Shown one piece after another: positions 1-13,137 of a stretch of DNA of 64,000 bases. A program made the translations under genes and the position numbers. Numbering within the stretch: the stretch's first letter is position 1; each line of letters starts with the position of its first letter. The notes under the pieces were generated by a model. The model did not search any database. It was given only the letters and a program-made list of their open reading frames with translations, and had not been told where the DNA came from. The DNA comes from an uncultured Gemmatimonadales bacterium (GTDB lineage: Bacteria > Gemmatimonadota > Gemmatimonadetes > Longimicrobiales > Gaopeijiaceae), in assembly GCA_963823035.1 (NCBI GenBank), contig CAWGKG010000014.1, positions 32,001-96,000 of the forward strand, written 5' to 3'.

Positions 1-305
1 TCCGCTTCCTGCAGACCGTGGTCGAGATCGCGGCCGAGAACAACTCGACGACGATCTTCCCGATCCCGATCGAGCTGTTCCGACCGATCATCGAGCGCGG
101 CGTGGGCGCCGCGGACCGGGAGTCCACCGCGCGGGCCCTCAAGTTCGCGGCCGAGCAGATGATCGAGGCCCTCCCCGAGGGAGGCGATCGCGCCGCCATC
201 AAGGCGGCCGCACAGAGGATGATCGGCATGTCCACCGCGGTGCGCGAGGAGCCGGAGAAGGCGGTCCTGACGCGCCCGGGCGAGGAAGACGATCCCGAAG
301 GCTGA
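1..305 (+). CDS. SPFH/stomatin (slipin) family protein, C-terminal part (5' truncated by window edge)
   Basis: The frame reads RFLQTVVEIAAENNSTTIFPIPIELF from base 3, matching the stomatin/band-7 C-terminal motif LRYLQTLxxIAxExNSTIxFPLP. Confidence 0.85.
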   Translation, partial: RFLQTVVEIAAENNSTTIFPIPIELFRPIIERGVGAADRESTARALKFAAEQMIEALPEGGDRAAIKAAAQRMIGMSTAVREEPEKAVLTRPGEEDDPEG

Positions 306-1023
306 GGGCGGATCGGGCGGGTCCCGCCGCCTCGCCGAGGAGGAGGTCGCGCTGATCCTGCGGCGCGCGGCGGACGTCGAGACCCGGCCCGAGCTCGCGG
401 TGGCCGGGGACTCCACGCTCGCCGACGTCATGCGCGCCGCGGAGGAGGCCGGCCTCGATCCCACCGAGGTACGCAGGGCCGCGGCGATCCTTCCCCAGGC
501 GGGTGGGGGTACCGCTTCGGCGGTCTTCGGTGCGCCGGACCACCGCGAGGTCCGCGCCTTCCTCGAGGGCGCGCGCCTCCCCACGGCACCGCACGAGCTG
601 GTGCGCGCCGCCGAGGCCGCGCTCGGGCGGAGCGGCGCCGTGCGCGACAGCGATCCGGTGCGGTTCCGCTGGGAGGAGAGCCACCTGGGCGGTCGCACGA
701 GCCTCGAGCTCGAGGAGAGCGGCGGCGGCGTGGCGGTCCGCGCCTCGGCCCACCGCGCCGGCCACTACCTGGGCGCCTGGTTCGTGGCGCTGGTGGGGTG
801 GGCGACGCTCTCCGCGCTGACGCACCTCGGTGCCGTCCTCGCCCCGCTCCTGGTGGTGATCGGCTTCCTGCTCGCCCCGATCCTCGCGGTGCGGCCCTTC
901 TGGACGAGGGCCGACGCCGCCACGCGGCGCCGGCTCGATCGGCTGGTCATGGACGCCCTGCGGGTCGTGGACACCGCCCCCCCGGACGCCCTGGCGCCCG
1001 GCGAAGCAGATACCCCGGACTGA
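292..1023 (+). CDS. Hypothetical membrane protein (two C-terminal TM helices); start uncertain
   Basis: Open frame from the stop at 268-270 to 1023; protein-like N-terminus RRLAEEEVALILRRAA lies upstream of the GTG at 400; hydrophobic segments AWFVALVGWATLSAL and LAPLLVVIGFLLAPILAV. Confidence 0.65.
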   Translation: MPKAEGGSGGSRRLAEEEVALILRRAADVETRPELAVAGDSTLADVMRAAEEAGLDPTEVRRAAAILPQAGGGTASAVFGAPDHREVRAFLEGARLPTAPHELVRAAEAALGRSGAVRDSDPVRFRWEESHLGGRTSLELEESGGGVAVRASAHRAGHYLGAWFVALVGWATLSALTHLGAVLAPLLVVIGFLLAPILAVRPFWTRADAATRRRLDRLVMDALRVVDTAPPDALAPGEADTPD

Positions 1024-1186
1024 CGGCCCGAGGCGTCGACGGGCGGGTCGCGTCGCAGGGAGGCTCGGCCGCGCGTAGCGGCCGAGCGAGGCAAGCGGAG
1101 GAAGGTCGACGAAGCGACGAACCCGCGGCCGAGCGGCCGAGTCGCGACGCGATCCGTCCGCCGACGCCCCCACCCATGAGCCCGCC

Positions 1187-2850
<1,664 letters not shown>

Positions 2851-3612
2851 TCATCGCCCGCCTTCGCGGGTCCGATCCTCGTCGCTTCGGTCGATCCGAC
2901 CTGCCGTCATGAGCGCCGAGACCGCCTCGCGCGCCCGTTGGGTGAGGTCATCCCGATCGTCCGAGCGCAGCCCCTCGACCGCGATCGGCTCGCCGAAGCG
3001 CACCGTGATCGTGCGTCCGGTTCGGATCCGCCACGAGCCCTTCGCCATCACCTCACGGCTGCCGAGGATGGCCGCGGGCACGACCTCGACGTTCGCCTGG
3101 ATCGCAAGGACGAACGCGCCTTTCTTGAAGCTGCGCAACTCCCCCGTCGTCGAGCGCGTGCCCTCGGGAAAGAGGATCACGGTGGGGCGGTCCTCTTCGA
3201 GCCGTTTCCTGGCCACGCTCAGCGACTCGATCGCCCGGCTCCGGTCCTGCCGGTCGATGGAGATGTGGCCGCAGGCGAGCCAGGCCGGCCCCCAGATCGG
3301 CACCTTCTCCAGCTCCTTCTTCGCGACGAAGCGATAGGGTCCGGGGATCCACCCGGCCAGCACCAGGACATCGAACCAGGAGGCGTGGTTCGACACGAGG
3401 ACCTGGGGTCGATGCGGGTCGATCCTCTCGGGGTTCTCGAGCTCGACGCGCACGCCGGCCAGGCGCACCAGGATCCGAGCCCAGGTACGCGGCACCCAGT
3501 CGCAGATGGAGGGCAGCTTCGCACTCCGCCGCCAGGACGCCCATACGATCCTCGAGGCGTACCAGATCGTGACGGGGATCCCCAGCAGCGCCACGCGCAG
3601 GAAGCCGATCAT
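2851..3612 (-). CDS. plsC: 1-acyl-sn-glycerol-3-phosphate acyltransferase
   Basis: SNHASWFD (NHx4D), FVAKKEL and FPEGTRS motifs; ATG overlaps the thiL stop. Confidence 0.92.
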   Translation of the reverse strand: MIGFLRVALLGIPVTIWYASRIVWASWRRSAKLPSICDWVPRTWARILVRLAGVRVELENPERIDPHRPQVLVSNHASWFDVLVLAGWIPGPYRFVAKKELEKVPIWGPAWLACGHISIDRQDRSRAIESLSVARKRLEEDRPTVILFPEGTRSTTGELRSFKKGAFVLAIQANVEVVPAAILGSREVMAKGSWRIRTGRTITVRFGEPIAVEGLRSDDRDDLTQRAREAVSALMTAGRIDRSDEDRTREGGR

Positions 3613-4616
3613 GGCCGCGTCGTCCCGAGGTGGCTGAAGCCGCCGCGCGCCGCCGGACGCACGGAGCCGTCCGCCGCCTCGAGCCACACCCCCTCCCCCT
3701 CCTCCACCCGCCCCACGCGGGTGAGGGCCACGCCGGCCTTCGACGCGGCCGTGACGGCGTCCATCGTGGCGGGCCCGACGGCAAAGCACAGCTCGTAATC
3801 CTCGCCGCCGTGAAGCGCCGCCTCCAGGGCGCCCTGCTCGCCCAGGGCCTCCACGGCCGCGATGGCCACGGGGACCCGGGCGACCTCCACGACGATGCGC
3901 ACCCCCGAAGCGGCCGCCAGGTGGCCCGCGTCGCCCGCGAGGCCGTCGGAGAGGTCGACCAGCGCGCGCAGGACGCCGGAGGCCGAGAGCGAGCGAGCCA
4001 CGTCCACCCGCGGCGTCGGGTGGGCGAACGCGGTGCGGATCGCATCGGACGGGGTCTCGCCGCGCCCCCAGACGGCCACGGCCGCGGCGCTGGCGCCGAG
4101 CGCGCCGGTGACCCAGATCTCGTCGCCGGGACTTGCCCCGCCGCGCAGGACGGGCGCTTCCGCCCGGCCGAGCACGACGACGTCCAGGACGCACGGTCCG
4201 GGCGAGCTCGAGACGTCGCCGCCCACCACCACCGCCCCCACCGCATGCGCCGCCTCGCGCACGCCGGCGTGGAGGCGCTCCGCGTCGACGTCGCGCCCGG
4301 TCGGGAGCGCCATGGAGACCAGCACCGCCACCGGTCTGGCCGCCATCGCCGCCAGGTCGGAGAGGGCGGAGGCCGCCGCGCGATAGCCGATCTCGTCGTC
4401 ACGCAGCCAGACGCGGCGGAAGTGCACGTCCTCCACCGAGAGGTCGGTGCTCACCACCCACCCTCCGTCGAGAACGGCCGCGTCGTCCCCCGGGCCCACG
4501 CGCACCTCCGCCGGCATCGCCTCGCCGTCGGCCAGGAAGCGGCGGATGAGGTCGAACTCGCCGCCCGGACCGAGCGGCGTGCCCTGCGACGCGGGATGCC
4601 GGGGAGGCGGCGACAT
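3609..4616 (-). CDS. thiL: Thiamine-monophosphate kinase
   Basis: GEFDLIRRF, GPGDDAAV, LSDLAAMAA, DLSDGLAGD and GGEDYELCF motifs. Confidence 0.95.
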   Translation of the reverse strand: MSPPPRHPASQGTPLGPGGEFDLIRRFLADGEAMPAEVRVGPGDDAAVLDGGWVVSTDLSVEDVHFRRVWLRDDEIGYRAAASALSDLAAMAARPVAVLVSMALPTGRDVDAERLHAGVREAAHAVGAVVVGGDVSSSPGPCVLDVVVLGRAEAPVLRGGASPGDEIWVTGALGASAAAVAVWGRGETPSDAIRTAFAHPTPRVDVARSLSASGVLRALVDLSDGLAGDAGHLAAASGVRIVVEVARVPVAIAAVEALGEQGALEAALHGGEDYELCFAVGPATMDAVTAASKAGVALTRVGRVEEGEGVWLEAADGSVRPAARGGFSHLGTTRP

Positions 4617-4618
4617 GC

Positions 4619-6200
4619 CTACCTCGGGGGATCCAGGTCGAGCGTGACGAAGGGAAGGCCGAGGCGGTCCGTGCCCACGCCGCGCTCGGCCAACGCCTCG
4701 GGTAGCCAGCGCACGACGTCGGACGGCGTGAGGCTGCGCCCCTTCCCCGCGAGTACGGAGGCGCGCCCGCTCAGGTACAGGGCGACGGCGCCCGCGTCGC
4801 GCGGCATCGAGGCCCTGGGCGAGCAGCCCGCCGCACACCCCGGTGAGCACGTCGCCCATCCCGGCGGTCGCGAGGTCCGAGGAGCCCTGCGTATCGACCT
4901 GGACGGGAAGACCCGGCGCGGCCACGAGCGAGGGCGCGCCCTTGAGGATCACCGCGCACCCCAGGTCGTTCGCGGCCTCGCGCACGACGGCGACGCGGTC
5001 GGCGGCGATCGCCTCGGCCGACAGCTCCCTCAGCCTTCCCATCTCCCCGGGATGCGGGGTGAGGAGGAGCCGCCGCCGCTTCGCCACCTCGCGCGTAGAG
5101 CCCCCGCGGGACTCCGCCAGCAGGTTGAGGCCGTCCGCGTCGACGACGACCGGCGCGGTGCCCACGAGCAGCACGCGGGCCAGGAGCGCCTCCCCGCGAG
5201 CGCCCGTGCCCAGCCCGGGGCCGACCGCCACCGCGGAGGCCTGGTCGAGCGCCCGGTCGAGGGCGTCGATGTCGTCGGCGTCCAGGAAGATGGCCTCGGG
5301 CACGGCGCCCTGGATCACCTCGCGATTCCCCGGAGCCGAGCACACCTGGACGAGCCCGGCGCCGGCACGCAGCCCGGCACGCACGCACAGGATGGCGGCG
5401 CCGGCCATCCCCGACTGGCCCGCGACCACGACCAGGCGGCCCACGGCGTTCTTGTGCGTGTCCAGCGCTCGGTCGGGAAGACGAGCCTGCGCCCACGCCG
5501 GCGTGGTCACGGCGGCGGACGCCGCCTCCGGCGGCATGGGCGGGAAGCCGATCTCGACCGCGACCACGCGGCCGGCCCGGCCGCGGCCGGGGAGGAGGAG
5601 ACAGCCGAGCTTCGGCGCGCCGAAGGACACGGTGACGTCCGCCCGGACGGCCTCCCCCGGCACCGCTCCGGTTGCGGCGTCCACGCCGGAGGGGATGTCC
5701 ATGGCCAGCACCGGCCGGCCGGCCGCGTGGAGGTGACGGATGGCCCGCGCCTGGCGTTCGCGCGGTGCACCCTGCACGCCCGTCCCCAACATGCCGTCCA
5801 CCACGATCGCCGCCCCAGCGAGAAGCTCGCCCCAACCGGCGTCGTCGAGGTCACCGTCCTCCACCCACGGGACCGTCCACGCGTGCAACACGGTCTCGGG
5901 ACCCACGCGGTCGGCGACGAGGACCGCCCGCACCTCCCGCCCCCAGGCGGCCAGGGTGCGCAGCGCCACCAGGGCGTCGCCCCCGTTGTTGCCCGCGCCG
6001 ACGAGCGCGACCACGAGGCCACGCGGATAGAGCCGGTCGAGGATGGTGGCCGCCGCGCGTCCGGCGTTCTCCATGAGGACCGGCTGCGGCACGCCCAGCT
6101 CTTCGATGGCCTGCCGGTCGAAGTCGGCCGACTCCTTCCCCGTCGCGGCCGGCACGTCCAGGCGGCCGTAGGGGCGGAGCGGGGGGTGGAGCACGCTCAC
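4619..6200 (-). CDS. nnr: Bifunctional NAD(P)H-hydrate epimerase/dehydratase (frameshift ~4803)
   Basis: LMENAG, GAGNNGGD, DIPSG, GPGLG, TPHPGEM and LATAGMGDVLTG motifs; the C-terminal helix continues in another frame to TAG at 4619. Confidence 0.92.
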
Positions 6201-6295
6201 CGGGCCCTCCGCCTGGCGTCGCGCGGGGCGCACCGGACGGCGCGGGCGGTGCGGCCGCTCCCGCGAGGGCGACATCGTAGGTAGAGGGTCACGGA

Positions 6296-6325
6296 GGGAC
6301 GGCCTCCCCGGAAGGGGAGGGTCCC
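6296..6325 (-). terminator. GC-rich hairpin just downstream of the small Zn-finger gene (possible terminator or stabiliser)
   Basis: gggac-gg-cctcccc-GGAA-ggggagg-gtccc inverted repeat; no clear U-tract. Confidence 0.35.
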
Positions 6326-6333
6326 GCGGGGAG

Positions 6334-6537
6334 CTACTTGTAGCTCTGGCCGATGGAGCGACCGAACGTCACTTCGCCGTTGTCGATCCGGATGTTGAAC
6401 CCGCAGTCGGGATTGGAGCAGACCCACGCCTTGTAGCGGATCGGAGCGCCGTCGCGACCGTAGTCGGACAACGGCAGCAGGATGCCGACCTCGCACTTCA
6501 AGCAACGCGGGAACCCGCTGTCTTCCACCATGTGCAT
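6334..6537 (-). CDS. Small zinc-ribbon-like protein (CxxC...CxxxxC)
   Basis: 67 aa with CLKC and CSNPDC; non-shadow amino acid composition; co-oriented with neighbours. Confidence 0.75.
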   Translation of the reverse strand: MHMVEDSGFPRCLKCEVGILLPLSDYGRDGAPIRYKAWVCSNPDCGFNIRIDNGEVTFGRSIGQSYK

Positions 6538-6636
6538 CCCCTCCCATCGGCGAGGCGCCGAGCACCGTCGCAGAGGCGCCCGGACGTGCCGGGCCTGTTC
6601 TGGTTTGGCGCCCGAACCAGGTCCGGACGCAGGTCG

Positions 6637-7017
6637 TCAGGGTCGAGCTTCCCAGGGATAGTTCAGCTCGAAGGCCTCCTCGAAGTCGAACACGTCGGCG
6701 AAGTCCTCGAGCCGATCCCCTTCCTGCTTGACGAGGATGCCCTGCTCCACCAACGCGAAGACCACACATCCCACATCCTCGGTGGCATGGATTCCCCAGT
6801 GCTCGAGCACCGTTCGCGCCATCGGCCCGAACCGCTCCAACGCGAGCTCGCGCATCCCTTCGGCCAACTCCCGGCCCGTGATGTGCCTCGGCTCTTCCAA
6901 CTTCTGGATGACGGAATGCAGCGCCGCAAGCACGAAGAAGTACGCCTTCGCGTGGAAGCGCGGGTTCCGCTCCTGGAGTTGGTCCAGGATCTCTTCGGCG
7001 AACTGGAGATCGGTCAT
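6637..7017 (-). CDS. Minf_1886-like conserved hypothetical protein
   Basis: AYFFVLAAL...RHITGRELAEGMRELALERFGPMARTVLEHWGI..TEDVG..VFALVE...DFADVFDFEEAF pattern, recognised from memory. Confidence 0.8.
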   Translation of the reverse strand: MTDLQFAEEILDQLQERNPRFHAKAYFFVLAALHSVIQKLEEPRHITGRELAEGMRELALERFGPMARTVLEHWGIHATEDVGCVVFALVEQGILVKQEGDRLEDFADVFDFEEAFELNYPWEARP

Positions 7018-7117
7018 GACGCCAAATGTGGTCGTAGCGCCACGCGTGCGCCAGGGGAGGCGGAGACGCGCGCCGGGTCCCGGCGCGCCTCGCCTGTCCG
7101 GGCTCGTGACCTCTCCG

Positions 7118-8381
7118 TTACGCCAGTTCCGCCAGCTCGCGGTAGAGCGGGAAGCCCTCGCACAGCGTGCGCACTTCCGCGCGGATCCCCGCGATGCGGT
7201 CCGCGTCCGCCGGGGCCCCCAGCACCTCGGAGATCCACGCGGCGATGCGTGCCATTTCCGGCTCCTTCATCCCGCGCGTGGTGAGCGCGGGCGTGCCGAT
7301 GCGCAGCCCCGACGTGACGAAGGGCGAGCGCGTCTCACCCGGAACCGTGTTCTTGTTGACCGTGATCCCGGCCGTCTCCAGCACGGCCTCGGCCTCCTTC
7401 CCGGTCAGCTCGGCGTGGCTGGGCCGCAGGTCCACGAGCATGAGGTGGTTGTCCGTCCCACCGCTCACCAGGTGGAAGCCACGCTCCATCAGCCCCTCGC
7501 CGAGCGCGCGCGCGTTGGCGATGACCTGCGCCGAATAGTCCTTGAACTCGGGCCGGAGCGCCTCGAGCAACGCCACCGCCTTGGCGGCGATGACGTGCAT
7601 GAGCGGTCCCCCCTGCATGAAGGGGAAGACCGTCTTGTCGATCGCCTTCGCGTGCTCTTCCCGACAGAGCACGAGGCCTCCGCGCGGCCCGCGCAGCGTC
7701 TTGTGGGTGGTGGTGGTCACCACGTCGGAGTGGGGCACCGGGGACGGGTGGTGCCCCGTCGCCACCAGACCCGGCGATGTGCGCCATGTCGACCAGGAGC
7801 TTCGCGTCGACCTCACGCGCGATCTCGCCGAACGCCTCGAAGTCGATGAGCCGCGGGTAGGCGCTCGCGCCCGCCACGATCATCTTCGGCCGCTCCGCGC
7901 GGGCCTGCTCGCGAAGCGCGTCGTAGTCGATGAGCCCGTCCTGGTCGCCGACCCCGTAGCTCACCACCTGAAAGAGACGCCCGCTGAAGTTCACGGGGGA
8001 CCCGTGCGTGAGATGGCCGCCGTGGCTCAGGCTCATCCCCAGGATCTTGTCCCCCGGGTCCAGGAAGGCGAAGTACGCGGCCATGTTGGCCTGGGCGCCC
8101 GAGTGCGGCTGCACGTTCGCGTGATCCGCGGCGAAGAGCTCCTTCGCCCGCTCGCGCGCCAGGTCCTCGGCCACGTCGACGAACTCGCATCCGCCGTAGT
8201 AGCGCTTGGAGGGAAGGCCCTCCGCGTACTTGTTCGTCATGACGGTGCCCATCGCCTCCAGCACCGCCCGCGACACGAAGTTCTCCGAGGCGATCAGCTC
8301 GAGCCCCTCGGACTGTCGACGCGCCTCGTCGACGATCGCCCGGTAGACCTTCGGGTCCGTCTCCTTCAGGTGGTCCATCAT
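7118..8381 (-). CDS. glyA: Serine hydroxymethyltransferase (frameshift ~7770)
   Basis: [39 protein letters not shown] and SGLRIGTPA motifs. Confidence 0.97.
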
Positions 8382-8397
8382 GTCGGGAAGTCCCCTC

Positions 8398-9463
8398 CTA
8401 CAGGTACGTCTTCTGGAGCTGCCGGGCCTCCATGATGCGGCTCTCGGCGACGCGATCCGCCGCGACGTTCGTGGAGACCCCGTCGGACTTCGCCCGCTCG
8501 AAGATGCGCAGCAGGGTGTTGTAGATGTCGCCGGCCTTCCGCTTGCTGCGCTCCGCCGACCAGTCGTTGATCTCGCCGTACACGTTGATGAGGCCGCCGG
8601 CGTTGATCACGTAGTCCGGTGCGTACAGGATGTTCTTCTTGTCGAGGGCGTCGCCGTGATGCGAGCGCGCGAGCTGGTTGTTCGCCGCGCCGGCCACGAT
8701 GTCGAACTTGAACCCCGCGAGCGTGTCGTCGTTCACCACGGCGCCCAGCGCGCAGGGCGCGAAGATGTCCGCCTTCACCCCGTAGATCGCGTCGTGCTCC
8801 ACGGCGGTCGCACCGAATTCCTCGACCACGCGCTGCACCCGGTCCTTGTCCAGGTCGGTGACCGTGAGCTTCGCGCCCTCGGCCGCCAGGTCCTCGCACA
8901 GGTAGTAGCCCACGTGGCCGACGCCCTGCACCGCCACGTGCTTCCCGGCCAGGGAGTCGTTCCCGTAGCGGAAGGCGGCGCACGCCTTGATGCCCCGGTA
9001 CACGCCGAACGCCGTGACCGGCGAGGGATCGCCCGAGCCGCCCAGGACGCCGACGACGTGCTCGGTCTCCATGTGGACGAACTCCATGTCGTCCGGGCGA
9101 CGTGCCCACGTCCTCGGCCGTGATGTAGCGGCCCTTCAGCGAGTCGACCGCGCGCCCGTGGGCGCGGAAGATCATCTCGCGGTCCTTCACCTTGTTGTCG
9201 CCGATGATGACCGACTTGCCGCCACCCAGGTTCAGCCCGGTGATCGCGGCCTTGTACGTCATCCCGCGCGACAGGCGCAGGGCGTCGACGATCGCGTCCG
9301 CCTCGCTCTCGTAGCTCCAGAATCGCGTTCCGCCGAGGGCGGGACCCATGGTCGTGTCATGGATCGCGATGATCCCCTTGTAGCCGAACATCGGCTCGCT
9401 CCAGAACACGAGCTGCTCGTGCTTCCTCTCGGACATCAACTCGAAGATTTCCATGTCGCTCAC
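8398..9463 (-). CDS. Leucine dehydrogenase (Glu/Leu/Phe/Val dehydrogenase family; frameshift ~9098)
   Basis: [58 protein letters not shown] and [10 protein letters not shown] motifs. Confidence 0.93.
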
Positions 9464-9518
9464 ACTCCGCGCCTTTCTCTCGTCGTGAAGTGATTCCCGG
9501 TCCAGGGCCCGAGGTGGC

Positions 9519-10682
9519 CTAGGATTCGCGGGCCGCCCGCAGGATCTCGCGGGCGATCACGTGCCTCATGATCTCGTTGGTCCCTTCGTAGATCTCCGTG
9601 CCCTTCGCATCCCGGAGGAGCTTCTCCACGGGATAGTCCCGCATGTAGCCGTAGCCTCCGAAGATCTGAACGGCCTCGTCGGCCGCCCAGGTCGCGGCCT
9701 CGCTGGCCGCGAGCTTGGCCACCGCCGCGCGGGCGGTGAGCCCGTCGGGCCCGGAGCGGCTGCAACGGCCGCTCCCGACCCCGTCCAGCGCCGACCCGGC
9801 ATGGTGCGCCATCGCGCGCGCGCAAGCAATCCGCCGATGCATCTCCGCCAGCTTCGCCTGCGTCGCGCCGAAATCCGCCAGCGCGGTCCCGAACTGGTGT
9901 CGTTCCAGCGCGTAGGCCGTGGCGTGCTCCAGGGCGGCCCGGCCGATGCCCACGGCCTGCGCCGCGATGCCGACGCGGCCCGCGTCGATCGCCTCCAGCG
10001 CCTGGCCCATCCCCTCCCCCGCCTTCCCCACGAGCGCGTCTCCGTCCAGCCGCATCCCGTCGAGGTGCACGGTGACGGTCTGGGAGGCGCGCAGCCCGAG
10101 CGTCTGCTCGGTCGCGCCGACCTGGTAGCCCTCTGTGTCGGGACGCGCCAGGAACGTGCTCACGCCTTCGTCCGTGCGCGCGAAGAGGACGGCCAGCCCC
10201 GCCCGCGCGCCGTTGGTGACCCAGCGCTTCACCCCCGTGACGCGCCAACCGTCGCCGTCGGGATCGGCCGTGGCGCTCAGCGCCGCCGCGTCGCTGCCCG
10301 CCTCCGGCTCCGAGAGCGCGAAGGCGCCCACCACCTCGCCCGACGCCAGCCGCGGCAGCCACGCGGCCTTCTGTGCGTCCGAGCCGTGCTTCAGGATCAG
10401 GCCGCACACGGGCCCGTTGTGGATGGCCACCGAGAGCGCCACCGCGGCGTCGCCCCGTGCCAGCTCCTCGAGGACGAGGAGGTACGTCCCGGCGTCGAAG
10501 CCGAGCCCACCGTGCTCCTCCGGCACGCGCATGCCCAGGAAGCCCAGCTCGGCCAGCTTGCCGAACACGGACTCGTCGAGCGCCCGCTCCGCGTCCCACG
10601 CCGCTGCGTGGGGTCGGAGCTCGCCGTCGGCGAACTCCCGCGCCAGGGTCTGGATCTCGAGCTGCTCGGGGGTAGGCTCCAC
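9519..10682 (-). CDS. Acyl-CoA dehydrogenase
   Basis: [47 protein letters not shown] motifs. Confidence 0.95.
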   Translation of the reverse strand: MEPTPEQLEIQTLAREFADGELRPHAAAWDAERALDESVFGKLAELGFLGMRVPEEHGGLGFDAGTYLLVLEELARGDAAVALSVAIHNGPVCGLILKHGSDAQKAAWLPRLASGEVVGAFALSEPEAGSDAAALSATADPDGDGWRVTGVKRWVTNGARAGLAVLFARTDEGVSTFLARPDTEGYQVGATEQTLGLRASQTVTVHLDGMRLDGDALVGKAGEGMGQALEAIDAGRVGIAAQAVGIGRAALEHATAYALERHQFGTALADFGATQAKLAEMHRRIACARAMAHHAGSALDGVGSGRCSRSGPDGLTARAAVAKLAASEAATWAADEAVQIFGGYGYMRDYPVEKLLRDAKGTEIYEGTNEIMRHVIAREILRAARES

Positions 10683-10691
10683 GCGGACTTC

Positions 10692-11542
<851 letters not shown>

Positions 11543-11546
<4 letters not shown>

Positions 11547-12509
11547 CCTTCCTCCGTTCCAGTCTTCGCGTCGACGTCGCGTCGGACGCCGTCCTGCTCC
11601 TCTTCTCCGTCCCGCCTCCCGAACGCCAGCGGCCGGCGCGCCAGGGCGGCGGGCTCGAGCCGCGAGCCACCGCACCCGCCAGAGCGCGGCCGCCGCACCC
11701 AGGAAGCCGAGCGTCGCCACCACGCTTCCCTCCGGTCCGAAGGCCCCCCCGCTCCACCAATCCGGGCCGCGGGCGACACCTTCCACCAACGGCGCGTCCA
11801 GCAGCTCCAGCCCGCTGACCGGGAGGTCGGCGAGCCAACCGATCCCCCAGTTCCACCCGAGGTGGGCCGCTGCGGCCCACCACAGGCTTCCCGTGCGCAG
11901 GTACACCACGCCCAGGAACACGCCGGCGGCGGCCGTATTGGCCGCCCCGAGCACCGTGACGTCCGGGTTGGGCAGGTGCAGCGCCCCGAACGCCAGGGAG
12001 GTGATCCCCAGCCCCCACACCGGCCCCCAGGCCTCCGTGACGGCCTGAAGCGGGTATCCCCGGAGGAGTGCCTCCTCCGCCGCAGCCGGGATGGCGAGCA
12101 ACGCCGCAGCGCCGACCGCGCCCCCCATCCAACCCGGGAACGATCCCCTGTCCCCGCTCCACGTGAGGCCCCCGGAGAGGGCGATCGCGCCGACCACCAG
12201 CACCGCGAGCGCGACACCGACCGCCAGCCCCCGCGCCACTTCCCCGGGCACCGAGGGCGCCAGGTGGAAGCCCAGCGCGCCCGGTCCACGCCCGTCCAGC
12301 GAGAGGCAGGTCGCGCCCGCCGCCCACGCCCCGAGGAGGATGGCGAGCGAGCCACCCACCAGCCCCAGGGGCTGCAACAACGCTCCGGCGAGCGCCCCCA
12401 CCGTGAGGGCGATCCCGAACCAGAGGAGGAGGCGCCACCCGAGGCGCACCCTCCCGTCCCTGTCGCGGAGGAAGCTGCCGGCCGATCTCGGCCCGCTAGC
12501 CCTGCCCAC
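11543..12509 (-). CDS. CPBP (CAAX/Abi) family intramembrane glutamic endopeptidase (frameshift ~11660)
   Basis: AAAEEALLRGY (EExxxR), FGALH and AHLGWNW motifs with multiple TM helices; alternative-frame tail ends at TGA 11543, overlapping the hbd ATG. Confidence 0.85.
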
Positions 12510-12530
12510 GCAACGAAAAAGCCCCGGGCG

Positions 12531-13112
12531 TCAACGCCCGAGGCTCGTCGATTCGACCGACCTGGTCAGAAGAGCCGCCGCGAGGATCTTGGCGACGTCT
12601 CCGGCCAGGAAAGGCAATACGCCTACCTGGAGGAGCTCGCCGAGCCCCTCGCCGGTGAGGAGGAAGAGCCAGGAGACGCCGCCCGCGTAGATCGTCGCGA
12701 GCCCGAGGGCGAGCCCGCCGATGCGCCGCGGCCAGCCGCGGTCGCCGGAAGCCAGCAGGCCCGTGAGGAACGCGGCGGCCGGCATGGCCACGAGATATCC
12801 GCCGGTCGGACCGAGCAGCCAACCGACCCCGGCGCCGCCCAGCGCGAACACGGGCGCGCCGGCCGCCCCCACGGCCAGGTAGAGGGCCATCGCCCCCGCC
12901 CCGGCGCGCGCGCCCAGCACGGCGCCCGCCAGGATGACGAACAGCGGCTGCAAGGACATCGGAACGGCCGTGCCGGGGATGGGCACCGCGATGTAGGCGC
13001 CCAACGCCGTCGCGATCGCGAAGGCGACGATGCCGATGCCGCTACGGGCCCGGCGATCCGTCACCACCTCGCGTCCCGCGACCGTTCTCAGCGTCTCCGT
13101 CAGCGTGCTCAT
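12531..13112 (-). CDS. bioY: Biotin transporter BioY
   Basis: VPMSLQ, GAPVFA, GPTGGYL and PFLAGDVAK motifs. Confidence 0.93.
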   Translation of the reverse strand: MSTLTETLRTVAGREVVTDRRARSGIGIVAFAIATALGAYIAVPIPGTAVPMSLQPLFVILAGAVLGARAGAGAMALYLAVGAAGAPVFALGGAGVGWLLGPTGGYLVAMPAAAFLTGLLASGDRGWPRRIGGLALGLATIYAGGVSWLFLLTGEGLGELLQVGVLPFLAGDVAKILAAALLTRSVESTSLGR

Positions 13113-13137
13113 CGACCTTCCTTCTCCGGGTGTTGGA

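Noticed and set aside
3609..6275. 888-aa ORF suggesting an Nnr-ThiL fusion
   Set aside because: The Nnr C-terminus continues in another frame to its own stop at 4619, and thiL has its own ATG at 4616; one indel near 4803 explains the fusion.
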